Shown: positions 1-9,042 of the stretch, one piece after another
Layout: every line of letters starts with the position of its first letter
Position numbering within the stretch: the stretch's first letter is position 1
Virus record (IMG/VR): IMGVR_UViG_3300020390_000003
Coordinates: 1 to 64,000 of that record
Source: a virus
Reading direction: 5' to 3' (one strand)
DNA length: 64,000 bases
Program-made: the position numbers and the translations under genes
Notes under the pieces: generated by a model
Seen by the model: only the letters and a program-made list of their open reading frames with translations
What the model was told of the DNA's origin: nothing
Databases searched by the model: none

Positions 1-6
1 GCGATT

Positions 7-447
7 GTGATAGGAAGTGAGATGTCTGCCGGGGTTCGTGATGTTTATGTATATAATAACGAAGCTTGGGGCTATCTCAAACGAGGAGTTTATTTTAAAA
101 CCAATTCAGATCGTGGTGGGTCTATCAGAAATATAAATATCAGTGATAATACGTTTAAAACGGTAGAAGATGCCATTTTTATGACGGCCAACTATCACGG
201 TGAAGGCAGCGGGAAGCATATCTCTAAAATCTCTAAGATCCTTTTAAAAAATCTATATTTTGATCAGGCAGAAAATTTTGGTATTGTGTTAGAAGGATAT
301 CCTAAGCAACCTATTTCAGATATTCGGTTAGAAAATATTCAAATTACTAAGGCTAAAAATGCACTTACGATAAGAGATACTGAAGGAGTTCAGTTTAAAA
401 ATATTCAGATCGGGGAAGCGGCGGGAACACCATCTTCGGTTAAATAA
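7..447 (+). CDS. C-terminal part of host glycoside hydrolase family 28 (polygalacturonase-like beta-helix); gene starts upstream of window
   Basis: 'IGSEMSAGVRDV', 'YFKTNSDRGGSIRNI' are typical GH28 C-terminal motifs. Confidence 0.8.
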   Translation: MIGSEMSAGVRDVYVYNNEAWGYLKRGVYFKTNSDRGGSIRNINISDNTFKTVEDAIFMTANYHGEGSGKHISKISKILLKNLYFDQAENFGIVLEGYPKQPISDIRLENIQITKAKNALTIRDTEGVQFKNIQIGEAAGTPSSVK

Positions 448-478
448 AAAAAGCCACTCAATAATTGAGTGGCTTTCC
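447..478. terminator. Bidirectional intrinsic terminator
   Basis: AAAGCCACTCAAT-a-ATTGAGTGGCTTT inverted repeat flanked by A and T tracts. Confidence 0.8.
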
Positions 479-481
479 TTT

Positions 482-497
482 TGTGACCTCGGCAGGA
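482..497 (-). mobile_element. Prophage att core: duplicated 3' end of a tRNA (probably tRNA-Arg)
   Basis: Minus strand reads TCCTGCCGAGGTCACA, a T-stem 3' half plus acceptor strand; the tRNA similarity stops abruptly at the T-loop; integrase starts about 400 bp away. Confidence 0.7.
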
Positions 498-644
498 CTT
501 AGAATTTCTACTATTTTTATATTAAATAATATCAATTTATATAATTGATAAAATATTTTTATATACTTTTGTAACACTAAGTATAAAACGACTACAAATA
601 TGTCGGGAATATATCGGGAAACTTTTAAACACATTTAAGCAACT

Positions 645-869
645 ATGGCAAAGTATTATATTAAAAGCTACAAAAAAATACCACAGCGATTTTTAGCAAT
701 GATTAACTCAATTGACGAAACAACAGGAAGTGTGAAAGAGCCTTATGAGATTACATTAGAGAGAGTAGGTTGGTTTGGTAGAAAATCAGAGGTTGTTAAA
801 AAAGTTGATCTACCAAAAGGTTTCAATCATTCAAAAGAATTATATACGGGTAGAGAGTGGGTTAATTAA
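645..869 (+). CDS. Hypothetical protein
   Basis: 74-aa ORF immediately upstream of the integrase. Confidence 0.5.
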   Translation: MAKYYIKSYKKIPQRFLAMINSIDETTGSVKEPYEITLERVGWFGRKSEVVKKVDLPKGFNHSKELYTGREWVN

Positions 870-903
870 AAAATCACTAATACTAACTTAAACCATCCGG
901 GAA

Positions 904-2190
904 ATGGCAACAGTAAAACTACTGGTAAAAGGGAAGAAAAATCCTTCTACCTTATACATTCGATTTTTAAATGGACGGCAATTTGATAAGATTTGCAGTA
1001 CCAATTTAAGTGTTGATCCTGCGCAATGGGATAACAAAAAATCAAATTACAAAAACCTATCGTCGATCAAAGACCGCGTTAAGAAGCAAGCCAATTTTGA
1101 GAGGCTTAAAATTCACGTGCTCGAATCTTATAATGATGCCTATATGAATGGTGAAGTGATCGACAAAGATTGGCTTAACAATACCGTGAACACGTTTTTC
1201 AACCGACCCAAGCAAGAAACTAAGCTTGCTATTCAAGATCACTATGTGTATTTATCGGACTTTGCCGAATGGTGGATTGAAAACAAGGCGCCAAAATGGA
1301 AAACCGACAAGAATAAATTTCTGAGCAAGCGTGTTATTCAACAATATGAATCTAACATCAAGATTTGGAAAGAATTTGAAGGTAAGAAGAAGTACAAAAT
1401 CAAAGATGTGAGTAACGATGTGCTTGATGCTTTTACTTCCTTTATGGCAGATCAAAGTTATGCTGCAGCAACTACCAAAAGGCATTTATCACGTGCCAAA
1501 TTTTTTATTGCGCGCGCAGCTACCGAAGGCATCCAGATAGATCCTACCTACCAAGACCGGGTTTTTGTAAAGAAAGATGATGAAGATATTTCGCACCCAT
1601 ACCTTAATGAGCAGGAAATAGATGCTATTTACAAGCTAAACCTTTCGCACGACATCAGTCTCGACAACATAAGAGACAATGCAATCATTGGCTTGTGGAC
1701 CGGCCTACGAATTTCTGACTTCAATAAAAACCTTGATATAAGCAATATAGATGGCGATTATATTAAAATTCGTACCAAGAAAACCGGTACATGGGTTACA
1801 ATTCCGCTTCACCCTCAAGTAAAAGAAGTGCTTAATAAACGCCACGGAAACCTTCCTGTTAAGAGCAGCGACAAGCATTTCAACGAAAAAATTAAAGTGA
1901 TTTGTATGCTAGCCAATATTGATCAGAAGATTAAAGGCGGTATTACGATTGTAGATGAAGAAACCGGAGTGAAGCGAAAAGTTTATGATGTGTATAAAAA
2001 ATATAAGCTGGTAAGTTCGCATATTTGTAGACGTTCCTTTGCAACCAACTTATTTGGGAAGGTGCCTAATAGTGTAATACAAGCTATTGGCGGCTGGGCA
2101 AAAGAAGATATGATGCTTCATTACATCAAGAAAACTAAAACAGAATCGGCAGATCAACTTAAACAGTATTGGGATGAGAAATATAGGTAA
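904..2190 (+). CDS. int: Phage integrase (tyrosine recombinase, Bacteroidota Arm-DNA-binding/SAM-like type)
   Basis: TGLRISDF, KTG, SSHICRRSFATN and HY catalytic motifs; N-terminal arm-binding region. Confidence 0.95.
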   Translation: MATVKLLVKGKKNPSTLYIRFLNGRQFDKICSTNLSVDPAQWDNKKSNYKNLSSIKDRVKKQANFERLKIHVLESYNDAYMNGEVIDKDWLNNTVNTFFNRPKQETKLAIQDHYVYLSDFAEWWIENKAPKWKTDKNKFLSKRVIQQYESNIKIWKEFEGKKKYKIKDVSNDVLDAFTSFMADQSYAAATTKRHLSRAKFFIARAATEGIQIDPTYQDRVFVKKDDEDISHPYLNEQEIDAIYKLNLSHDISLDNIRDNAIIGLWTGLRISDFNKNLDISNIDGDYIKIRTKKTGTWVTIPLHPQVKEVLNKRHGNLPVKSSDKHFNEKIKVICMLANIDQKIKGGITIVDEETGVKRKVYDVYKKYKLVSSHICRRSFATNLFGKVPNSVIQAIGGWAKEDMMLHYIKKTKTESADQLKQYWDEKYR

Positions 2191-2364
2191 AACTATGAGC
2201 ACAACAGAAGAAGATTATAGTGTAATTCAAAGACCTTCTTACAAAACAAGTTGTTCAAAAAAAGGATATTTATTGCCAATTGTATTGCCAAACGGTAACG
2301 TATTTAAATACGTCTCTGTTTCAAAAAGAATTTACGAAGAATACAAATCAAAATCGATTTAACT

Positions 2365-2649
2365 ATGTACACAGACAATCCAATTCTAAAAAATATGACG
2401 GGAGAACAGCAAGAGCAGTTCAAACAGAAATGTATTAATTCTGATCAATATTTCTACGAGAATTATATCAAGAAGCTAGGAGGTAATCAACACTTGCCGG
2501 ACTATTCCCCAGAAGTTTTCGCAGAATATAAAAAAGAAGCTGAGCGCATTCAAAATTTGTATAAAATAAAGATGAGAGGCCCAGGACCGAAGCCTACTTA
2601 TTTTATGAGATTGGACGCATATTATAAATTTCCTCATTTTAAAAATTAA
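2365..2649 (+). CDS. Hypothetical protein
   Basis: 94-aa ORF co-oriented with int. Confidence 0.5.
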   Translation: MYTDNPILKNMTGEQQEQFKQKCINSDQYFYENYIKKLGGNQHLPDYSPEVFAEYKKEAERIQNLYKIKMRGPGPKPTYFMRLDAYYKFPHFKN

Positions 2650-2678
2650 CTTACTTAACCCTTAACCTAGAAACCATT

Positions 2679-3086
2679 ATGCAAAAGAAAAAAACACTAT
2701 CAGATGCGCAGATCCTGCAAGAAGTTTTAAACGCTCTTGATTATTCTGCCAACGCACTTAACGACAAGCTTGAATATAGTTCGCCTTCATCAGTACCGCA
2801 CGTACTTAAAGGCCGTAACGAATTAAGCCGGGGAATGAAGCAGCGTATCGTCAACACCTTTCCCAATGTGAATATGGAATTTCTCAATAAAGGTGAATTA
2901 CCGATTTTACTAACCGGTGGAGCGATGCAAGCACAAGCCAATCTACTTAACATTGCAATCAACACCAATCAAGGCCAAAGCCCTATGCTAGACCTTAACA
3001 AGCTGGCGAAAATTCCGCAGCAACTTGATCGCATAGAAACTATGCTTCAAGAATTATTGAGCACAAAAAAAGGTCCTACCGAATAA
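2679..3086 (+). CDS. Putative HTH repressor (CI-like N-terminal domain)
   Basis: 'ANALNDKLEYSSPSSVPHVLKGRNELS...FPNVNMEFLNKGE' resembles Bacteroidota phage repressors. Confidence 0.65.
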   Translation: MQKKKTLSDAQILQEVLNALDYSANALNDKLEYSSPSSVPHVLKGRNELSRGMKQRIVNTFPNVNMEFLNKGELPILLTGGAMQAQANLLNIAINTNQGQSPMLDLNKLAKIPQQLDRIETMLQELLSTKKGPTE

Positions 3087-3101
3087 CCGGAGGACCTTTT
3101 T
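3064..3101. terminator. Bidirectional terminator between convergent regulators
   Basis: AAAAAGGTCCT...AGGACCTTTTT. Confidence 0.7.
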
Positions 3102-3119
3102 ATTTTTCGTCTCGTCAAT

Positions 3120-3368
3120 TTATAGATCGTCAATTTCTGAAAATTTGATTTTTAAAGCGGTAAACAATTTGGCCACGATGCCAAATGTGTAGCCGGGTTT
3201 CTTCCCTAATTCAAGCTTACTAATATACGATTGCTCTACACCGCTGATCTCGCTTAATAACATTTGACTTACACCCATACCTTGGCGCTTATTTCTAATT
3301 AGCGCAGCTACTTTCTGCACTATTTCTGTTTCCGATTCTTTGATTTCTACATAGTTTGTATGTGCCAT
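3120..3368 (-). CDS. XRE-family HTH transcriptional regulator
   Basis: 'IRNKRQGMGVSQMLLSEISGVEQSYISKLELG'. Confidence 0.85.
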   Translation of the reverse strand: MAHTNYVEIKESETEIVQKVAALIRNKRQGMGVSQMLLSEISGVEQSYISKLELGKKPGYTFGIVAKLFTALKIKFSEIDDL

Positions 3369-3457
3369 TTCCCGTGGTTTTTACAGTAAAATTAATACCC
3401 AAAATACTAGCATCAAAATGATGCCCCAATACATTAGGTGCGTTTTGGTTTCTTTTT

Positions 3458-3745
3458 TCATAGTTCTAATTTAAGAATATCAGCCAAATTAAAAGGAAAC
3501 CAGGTGCCTTCGTGATTGAAGCACTTTTGGCCCTGCAATTGGCCATCAATTAAATTCTTTTCTTCAATTAAATCTTTGAGGCTTGTAGATTGGTTAATAA
3601 TAGCCAATGCCAGCCCGTGATCTAAATTGTAAAGGTCGTGCCGCATCATCAAAATAGCTTTTGTGGTCTTGTCTTTATGCTTTGGCGATATAGAAGCAAA
3701 GTATTTTAAACCTTGCTCCTTCATCAATCGTCGTACTTTACTCAT
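3458..3745 (-). CDS. Hypothetical early protein
   Basis: Part of a tightly packed minus-strand small-gene operon. Confidence 0.55.
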   Translation of the reverse strand: MSKVRRLMKEQGLKYFASISPKHKDKTTKAILMMRHDLYNLDHGLALAIINQSTSLKDLIEEKNLIDGQLQGQKCFNHEGTWFPFNLADILKLEL

Positions 3746-3971
3746 CTACTTTATTCCTTAAAACAGTGGTAGCGATTACTTCAGTTCGTAATGTCTGGCC
3801 CATAAATTCGTGCTCAGCATAAAAATGATGCTTTAGCACTTCGCCCGTGATTAAACACTTTTCTTCAGTAATTTGAGTAACTGTAGATATCCTCTTGCTT
3901 TTGCGATGGGTGGTATTGATAAACCTATCGCCGATCGATACACCTCTTACTTTTAAAGTTTCTGTATTCAT
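3738..3971 (-). CDS. Hypothetical early protein
   Basis: Overlaps neighbour, operon context. Confidence 0.55.
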   Translation of the reverse strand: MNTETLKVRGVSIGDRFINTTHRKSKRISTVTQITEEKCLITGEVLKHHFYAEHEFMGQTLRTEVIATTVLRNKVDE

Positions 3972-3973
3972 CG

Positions 3974-4189
3974 TTATAGATTATGAAGATTACAAGCTAC
4001 AAAGCCAGTTTTAGAAAAATGCCCGTTTAATTTTTGGTGAGTTTTGCTGAATTTTTCAGCTTGTTTTTCATTCCAATTAATTAACAAACATTCTTCGTTT
4101 CCTATATTAATAACTTGAGCATTTTTAAACTCTGGGTATTTATTTTTTAGAAAATTACCCTTACCGAAATTTATTACTTTGTTTTTCAT
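3974..4189 (-). CDS. Hypothetical early protein
   Basis: Operon context. Confidence 0.5.
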   Translation of the reverse strand: MKNKVINFGKGNFLKNKYPEFKNAQVINIGNEECLLINWNEKQAEKFSKTHQKLNGHFSKTGFVACNLHNL

Positions 4190-4206
4190 AAAAAATTGAT
4201 TTTAAA

Positions 4207-4252
4207 TTAGTTCCCGTGCCGGTATTGCTCCGGTTGCCATTCGCTGCACGGG
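4207..4252 (-). ncRNA. tRNA top-half mimic (acceptor-like stem + T-arm), element A
   Basis: CCCGUG..CCGG-AGCAAUA-CCGG-CACGGG-AACUAA. Confidence 0.5.
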
Positions 4253-4262
4253 TGGTGGGTGT

Positions 4263-4457
4263 TTATGATTCTTTAATAAAATGGGTTTCTATTTTCGGCC
4301 AGACCGTTCCTGGCGCGTGACTACATTCTATTTTGGCTACTAATTCGCCCGATCTAGTTTTTACGTGGTAATCATAAGGCGAATCACCTACGCAAGATCC
4401 TACAACGTTTTGAGGTCCTATGAATTTGTAAAATTCTTCTTGTGTTACTTTTTTCAT
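4263..4457 (-). CDS. Hypothetical early protein
   Basis: Operon context. Confidence 0.5.
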   Translation of the reverse strand: MKKVTQEEFYKFIGPQNVVGSCVGDSPYDYHVKTRSGELVAKIECSHAPGTVWPKIETHFIKES

Positions 4458-4636
4458 CTTCTCAAGTGTTTAATTAATCCATATTTGAAAGCCTCTCGTC
4501 AATACCTGGGCTTTGTTCTCTTGTATGCAAATACTAAAATTATAGTCCTGCATCAGTCCGTGCGTCTCGTCAATTACTACACCTGCTTCGGGTAAAATTG
4601 TCTTATAACGCTTGCATGTATGGTTTGGGTTTTTCA

Positions 4637-4870
4637 TTAGGCTTTGAGTTTAGTTTTGAGTTCTTCAACTGTACCTGAAAAAATCATTTTTCCGTCCTCT
4701 TGAATGTCAATTATAGGCTGCTCTCTTTGTTGGTATGTATCAGCAAAACCTGTGTAGTTATCAACCAATATCCGTACATCTCCATAAATAGCGCAAATAC
4801 TACCTATTTTCTCTTTGTATTGTGGCGCTCCGCCTTTTGTGTTCTGTGTTTTTAATGATAAATTTTGCAT
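4637..4870 (-). CDS. Hypothetical early protein
   Basis: Starts at a CGGGAA-ATG motif; operon context. Confidence 0.55.
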   Translation of the reverse strand: MQNLSLKTQNTKGGAPQYKEKIGSICAIYGDVRILVDNYTGFADTYQQREQPIIDIQEDGKMIFSGTVEELKTKLKA

Positions 4871-4969
4871 TTCCCGTGCTTTTAAAAATTAATGTAACCG
4901 GAGGGAGAACCCTCCACGCTTGCAGCTTAATACACTGTTTTAAGAGGCTGCAACCTCTAATTCAAATTT

Positions 4970-5188
4970 TTAAGTATGAAGAGTGCATGCGTAATTGTGA
5001 AGCAATCCGCTTTTATACTCGCTTAAATCGTTTTCAATACAAATTGAGTGCGTACTATCGTTAATAATTTGCCTTACTGCCGGCTTGTCGTTTGGGTGCT
5101 TTTTCTTAGCATAAATCGCTATCTCTTTTAATTGCTCTTTTGCAAATTGGTATAAAGTCTTAGTTTTCATCTTGATATTTTTTAGCAT
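4970..5188 (-). CDS. Hypothetical early protein
   Basis: Operon context. Confidence 0.5.
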   Translation of the reverse strand: MLKNIKMKTKTLYQFAKEQLKEIAIYAKKKHPNDKPAVRQIINDSTHSICIENDLSEYKSGLLHNYACTLHT

Positions 5189-5402
5189 CGTTAACGATAT
5201 TTTTTAAATTGTCTCGCATTACTTCACGTGCAGATTGAATACGGCTTTGTAAATCTTCTTCAAATTGCTGCATCACTGTTTTTGCGTTAATTTCTCGAAC
5301 GTTGCAGCTAATTTCTAGCAATAGCGTATCGAAGCTTAAAGCATCAATTATTGATTGATCGCGTTCGTAGCTGCTTTCTAGGTTTACATTTTTCCAGTCC
5401 AT
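5160..5402 (-). CDS. Hypothetical early protein
   Basis: Operon context. Confidence 0.55.
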   Translation of the reverse strand: MDWKNVNLESSYERDQSIIDALSFDTLLLEISCNVREINAKTVMQQFEEDLQSRIQSAREVMRDNLKNIVNDAKKYQDEN

Positions 5403-5450
5403 TGTATAAAAATTAAATTGTTAATACTGTTGCCGTTTCCCGTGGCAATT

Positions 5451-5506
5451 GTCTAAGACGGGCACCGCTGCGCCCGTTTCGCTCATCAAGAGCTCATCAG
5501 TTAGAC
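5451..5506 (-). ncRNA. Type I hammerhead ribozyme
   Basis: Minus strand: GUCUAA-CUGAUGA-GCUC uugau GAGC-GAA-ACGGGC gcagcggu GCCCGU-C-UUAGAC; full catalytic core, three perfect stems, GUC cleavage triplet. Confidence 0.92.
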
Positions 5507-5511
5507 TATAA

Positions 5512-6036
5512 TTAACTCGCTGGTTTATATTGTGCTTTCATCTTCTCAGCATCTAAAAAAGGAGCTACATAGCGGAGCGTTAAATCCGCTATTTTTTTAA
5601 GGGCGTCAATCTTATATACTTTTTTCTGATCTATACCGTGTATATATTTTGACGCTTCTATTAATGCCGTCCGGGCTTCTCGCTCCATACTTTCAGCAAT
5701 TAATAACGGGCAGTAAAAATTGGTTTCCCAATCATCATATTTTTGAAGCAGATAACTAAAACCGTGCTTTATGTGCTGCTCTTGAAGGAGCTTAAAATAT
5801 TTTTGTGCATCTTCATCACTCATCAAATAAGTAAACCTCTCGTCAAGTATTACAAAGTCCTCCGGGCTGTATCTTCGCTCCCTGTGTTCTGGTGCGATCT
5901 CAAACCGATGAGTATTTAAAATTTTCTGTCTGTACTCATCGACTACCGGTTTAATCGTTTGCACGAATGCCTTTGCAGCAATTAAAGTTTCTGCGGCTTC
6001 TTGTAGTTCTGGGCTTGGTGTTGGTGCTTTTTTCAT
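5512..6036 (-). CDS. Hypothetical early protein
   Basis: 174-aa ORF ending 5 nt before the hammerhead. Confidence 0.65.
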   Translation of the reverse strand: MKKAPTPSPELQEAAETLIAAKAFVQTIKPVVDEYRQKILNTHRFEIAPEHRERRYSPEDFVILDERFTYLMSDEDAQKYFKLLQEQHIKHGFSYLLQKYDDWETNFYCPLLIAESMEREARTALIEASKYIHGIDQKKVYKIDALKKIADLTLRYVAPFLDAEKMKAQYKPAS

Positions 6037-6039
6037 AGT

Positions 6040-6234
6040 TTACTGTATTATAATAGGTTCTTGTCTGAATATTATTTGATATTGATCACGACCAATAAAT
6101 TTTTTGATTGCCGGGTGCTTTCTGAAATATTTCTCAGCCTGTTTTGGCGTTCTAACATCGCAGTAAATTGAGGCGATCTCGTTAAACCCGTTAATTTTGT
6201 CTTTTACTTTGCAGATAAAGTGGTTTGTGTCCAT
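6040..6234 (-). CDS. Hypothetical early protein
   Basis: Starts at CGGGAAA-ATG. Confidence 0.5.
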   Translation of the reverse strand: MDTNHFICKVKDKINGFNEIASIYCDVRTPKQAEKYFRKHPAIKKFIGRDQYQIIFRQEPIIIQ

Positions 6235-6263
6235 TTTCCCGAATGAATTAAATTAATATTAGA

Positions 6264-6311
6264 TTAGTTGCACGGGGCGCTATCGCTGCGCCTTCGGTCC
6301 TTCCTCCGTGC
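6264..6311 (-). ncRNA. tRNA top-half mimic, element B
   Basis: GCACGG..GGCGC-AGCGAUA-GCGCC-CCGUGC-AACUAA. Confidence 0.5.
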
Positions 6312-6341
6312 TTGTTGTTTTTATGCCTTCTCGGGCGTTAA

Positions 6342-6614
6342 TTAAAATAATTCGTTGAGCTCAATAGTTTCGCTTACTAATTCAAAACTATTTAACCCCT
6401 GCGTCTGGTCGTGATTCTCTGTTATCATAAAATCATAATGATATTTTACCCACTCGTTGGGGGTTTCCGCTTCCAATGTTTCAGGATCACAGTCTTTTTT
6501 AATGATCTGCTTAACTGTTTGCTTAAACTTCCTTTTGTTCGTAAAAACTCCGATTAAATCCCGGCTGCTAAAAGTGTGGTTAAAATCTGTTTTAAATAAA
6601 ATAATTGCTTCCAT
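6342..6614 (-). CDS. Hypothetical early protein
   Basis: Operon context. Confidence 0.55.
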   Translation of the reverse strand: MEAIILFKTDFNHTFSSRDLIGVFTNKRKFKQTVKQIIKKDCDPETLEAETPNEWVKYHYDFMITENHDQTQGLNSFELVSETIELNELF

Positions 6615-6868
6615 AGTGTTTTAATAAGTGATTAATCCTGTTACTAATAATATTCTAACCGTTAAGCCTCCGAAAAATACCAGTCCCAACGTGATCAAAA
6701 TTACTCTTGCTTCTACATCTGTTCTCATAACTCGAAACCGTTTTTTGCAGCAGAATAAACTACCCCGGCTGCGATCATTAATAAAAATGTGATTCGCACA
6801 ACGTTAATCGCTATGCTTTGCTCCTGAATGTGTTGTAAGTGTTTCATAAATTGAAAATTGTTTGATTG

Positions 6869-7057
6869 TTAGTCCTCTATTCTTGTTAAATGCTTCTCGC
6901 ACCATTCTTGTAGGTCCTGACCTGTTTTAAAGTTCTTCTCCTGTCCGTTTGTTAGTTCTAAGCTTATCTCATAGAATGCTGTAATTGAAATCTTTTGCGC
7001 TTCTTTAAATGTTGTTAGAATCGAATCTAGTTCGTTAAATGCTTCGTTTGTTGTCAT
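6869..7057 (-). CDS. Hypothetical early protein
   Basis: First listed ORF of the minus-strand operon. Confidence 0.5.
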   Translation of the reverse strand: MTTNEAFNELDSILTTFKEAQKISITAFYEISLELTNGQEKNFKTGQDLQEWCEKHLTRIED

Positions 7058-7110
7058 AACTCTAAATTGATTTTAAAGCCCGTCTAAGGCTTGATTAATA
7101 TTTAATTGTA

Positions 7111-7174
7111 TTTGTTCGGCTGTCAGGATTTGAACCCGTTAACGCCTCCTATTAATCAATAGGACCGTGCAGCC
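7111..7174 (-). ncRNA. D-armless tRNA-like element C
   Basis: GGCUG..UCCUAUUGAUUAAUAGGA hairpin..CGGG-UUCAAAU-CCUG-A-CAGCC. Confidence 0.45.
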
Positions 7175-7291
7175 TGTTTGTCTCCGTTGTGCGGTCTTAT
7201 ATTAAGTATAACCTAATCAAGTGCGCACGATGTCAAAGAACCTAAACCCGTCAAGCCAGTAATAATGCGGCTTTATCTGTTTGTTAGGTTC

Positions 7292-7299
7292 AAAAGTAC
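7292..7299 (-). promoter_or_regulatory. Bacteroidota sigma-A -7 box for the leftward early operon
   Basis: TACTTTTG matches TAnnTTTG; tandem TTAGTATAAT boxes directly upstream. Confidence 0.5.
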
Positions 7300-8033
7300 C
7301 TATAATAATTAGTATAATTTTAGTATAATTTATTGTATTTTTCAATCCAAATGCGTATAAATCATAAACTTTGCCTATACCTCACTGTTTACAAGGGTTT
7401 ACAGCGCATTCCTAAATGTTAAAACTTCAATACAAGCCCAAATTTTAACACTTTTAGTATAAACTAGATGTAAATTGAATGTAACTGTATTTCGGGGTTG
7501 AAACCCTTCACGCGATCACGTGAGCGTACATAAAAAAAGGGTTAAGGATATTCAGCAGATTAAAACTAGATCAAAGCAGATTAAAACCGTGATTTATGCA
7601 AATTCGGGAGAATGTCGGGAAAATGTAGTAGTAAAACTTCAACTTTCCTTTATTAGTAAGGCTTCAGCGTATTTTAACCGTTACCGTGATACGATTCAGC
7701 AATTAGTTAGGACCAACGATTCAACATAGTATCACACCAAAAAGTCAAAAATTAGAGCGATCAACCGCCGGAACCGCACCCCGTGGGTAAATTAAAACCG
7801 TTTTCGTTTCGGGCCAGGCTCGCGTAAATATTGTATTCCATCCCAACAACGCTATTATGTACAATGTATTTTTTATAGGATAGGTTGTTTATTTTGGGAG
7901 TTGTTTGGTATAAGTATGGTATAAAAAGCGCGTGAAATTGCTATTTTTGCTCTATGTAATATAATAAGGAAATGCTCGTCAGCCCAGTAAAAAGTTTGTA
8001 AAGTGCTGTTTTATAAAAGATTAACGAAGTGTA

Positions 8034-8097
8034 AAAGTGTTACTTTTTGTTACAGTCTGGGTATGTAAAAAGGGGTAAAGTGTTACTTTTTGTTACA
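8034..8097. repeat. 21-bp direct repeat x2 (iteron-like)
   Basis: AAAGTGTTACTTTTTGTTACA at 8034-8054 and 8077-8097. Confidence 0.85.
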
Positions 8098-8111
8098 CCT
8101 TTTAAACGGGA

Positions 8112-8582
8112 TTGCTTACGAATAATATTCTGAATATGAAAGAAAAAAGTCGGGAAATGATTGCTGAATATTTTTTGGGTAAGAAGCACAAGTTTTATGA
8201 GAGTGAGAAGTTGATACGGTGGAAGTATTCTAGCAGCAGTGGGAAGTTTGGGATCAGTAATTTGTTGTTAGAGACTTTGGTAGAGAAGTGCAGTGCGAGT
8301 GAGGTGAAGTTGATGTTAGCGATCTTGAGCAGGGTGCCACAGAGTCGTAATGTGTTTAAGAGTGGTTGTGTTAGGTTGGTGAGTGGTGATTATGCAGAGG
8401 TATGTAGTAGGCGTGTGTTTGGGGAGGCGGTGAAGAAGTTTGTGGGTTTTGGATATTTTATAGAGACGCCTGATGCGTATTGGTACATATTAAATCCCAG
8501 GTATATCAATAAGTTGTGGAGTGTCAAGGAGTTTAAGGAGGTAAAGAAAAAAGGCGATGATAAAAATAAATCTGCCGAATGA
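8112..8582 (+). CDS. Putative winged-helix / RepL-like protein (start may be 8157)
   Basis: 'SEVKLMLAIL...RRVFGEAVKKFV..YILNPRY' resembles RepL-like wHTH; very G-rich, C-poor coding strand. Confidence 0.45.
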   Translation: MLTNNILNMKEKSREMIAEYFLGKKHKFYESEKLIRWKYSSSSGKFGISNLLLETLVEKCSASEVKLMLAILSRVPQSRNVFKSGCVRLVSGDYAEVCSRRVFGEAVKKFVGFGYFIETPDAYWYILNPRYINKLWSVKEFKEVKKKGDDKNKSAE

Positions 8583-8832
8583 GTTTTTTTGTTGCGTAGT
8601 TTATACTAAGTTTGTATTCAACTTATATTAATTAATACTAAAAACTCAGAATTATGACAGGTGTTATCATTAAGATTATCGAGACAATTTTCGGGTAATC
8701 GCAGAAAAGTTAAAGACGTAGTTAAAAACACTGTTCCCCGTTAATGGTAAGTATGGTCGGGGCGGACGCAACAGAGCCAAACAAAAACCTTAAACATACT
8801 AGCTGAGATTAGTGACTCAGGTCTTTTAAAAC

Positions 8833-8905
8833 ACTTCGGTAGCTCAGTTGGTAGAGCAGCGGTCTCCAAAACCGTAGGTCGTAGGTTCGAGTCCTTCCCG
8901 TTGTG
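8833..8905 (+). tRNA. trnW: tRNA-Trp(CCA), imperfect stems, no encoded CCA end
   Basis: TAGCTCAGTTGGTAGAGC D-arm, GCGGT-CTCCAAA-ACCGT anticodon arm, GGTTCGAGTCC T-arm. Confidence 0.8.
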
Positions 8906-9042
8906 CATACTTAGAGAGAGCGAAAGCGGATCATTGGCATAGATGCGATGAAGTAAGTAGCGCAGAGAAAAGATACCGGGAATTATGCGCCCGGCATCAC
9001 ATTAAACAATCGGGAAACATAACAACTTTTATTACTTAACAA

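Noticed and set aside
4893-4926. Fourth tRNA-like element
   Set aside because: GGAGGG/CCCTCC hairpin has a 4-nt loop and lacks the T-loop and AACUAA tail; treated as a plain hairpin.
8906-9000. Theta (HDV-like) ribozyme after the tRNA
   Set aside because: Could not build the nested double pseudoknot by eye; only simple hairpins are visible.
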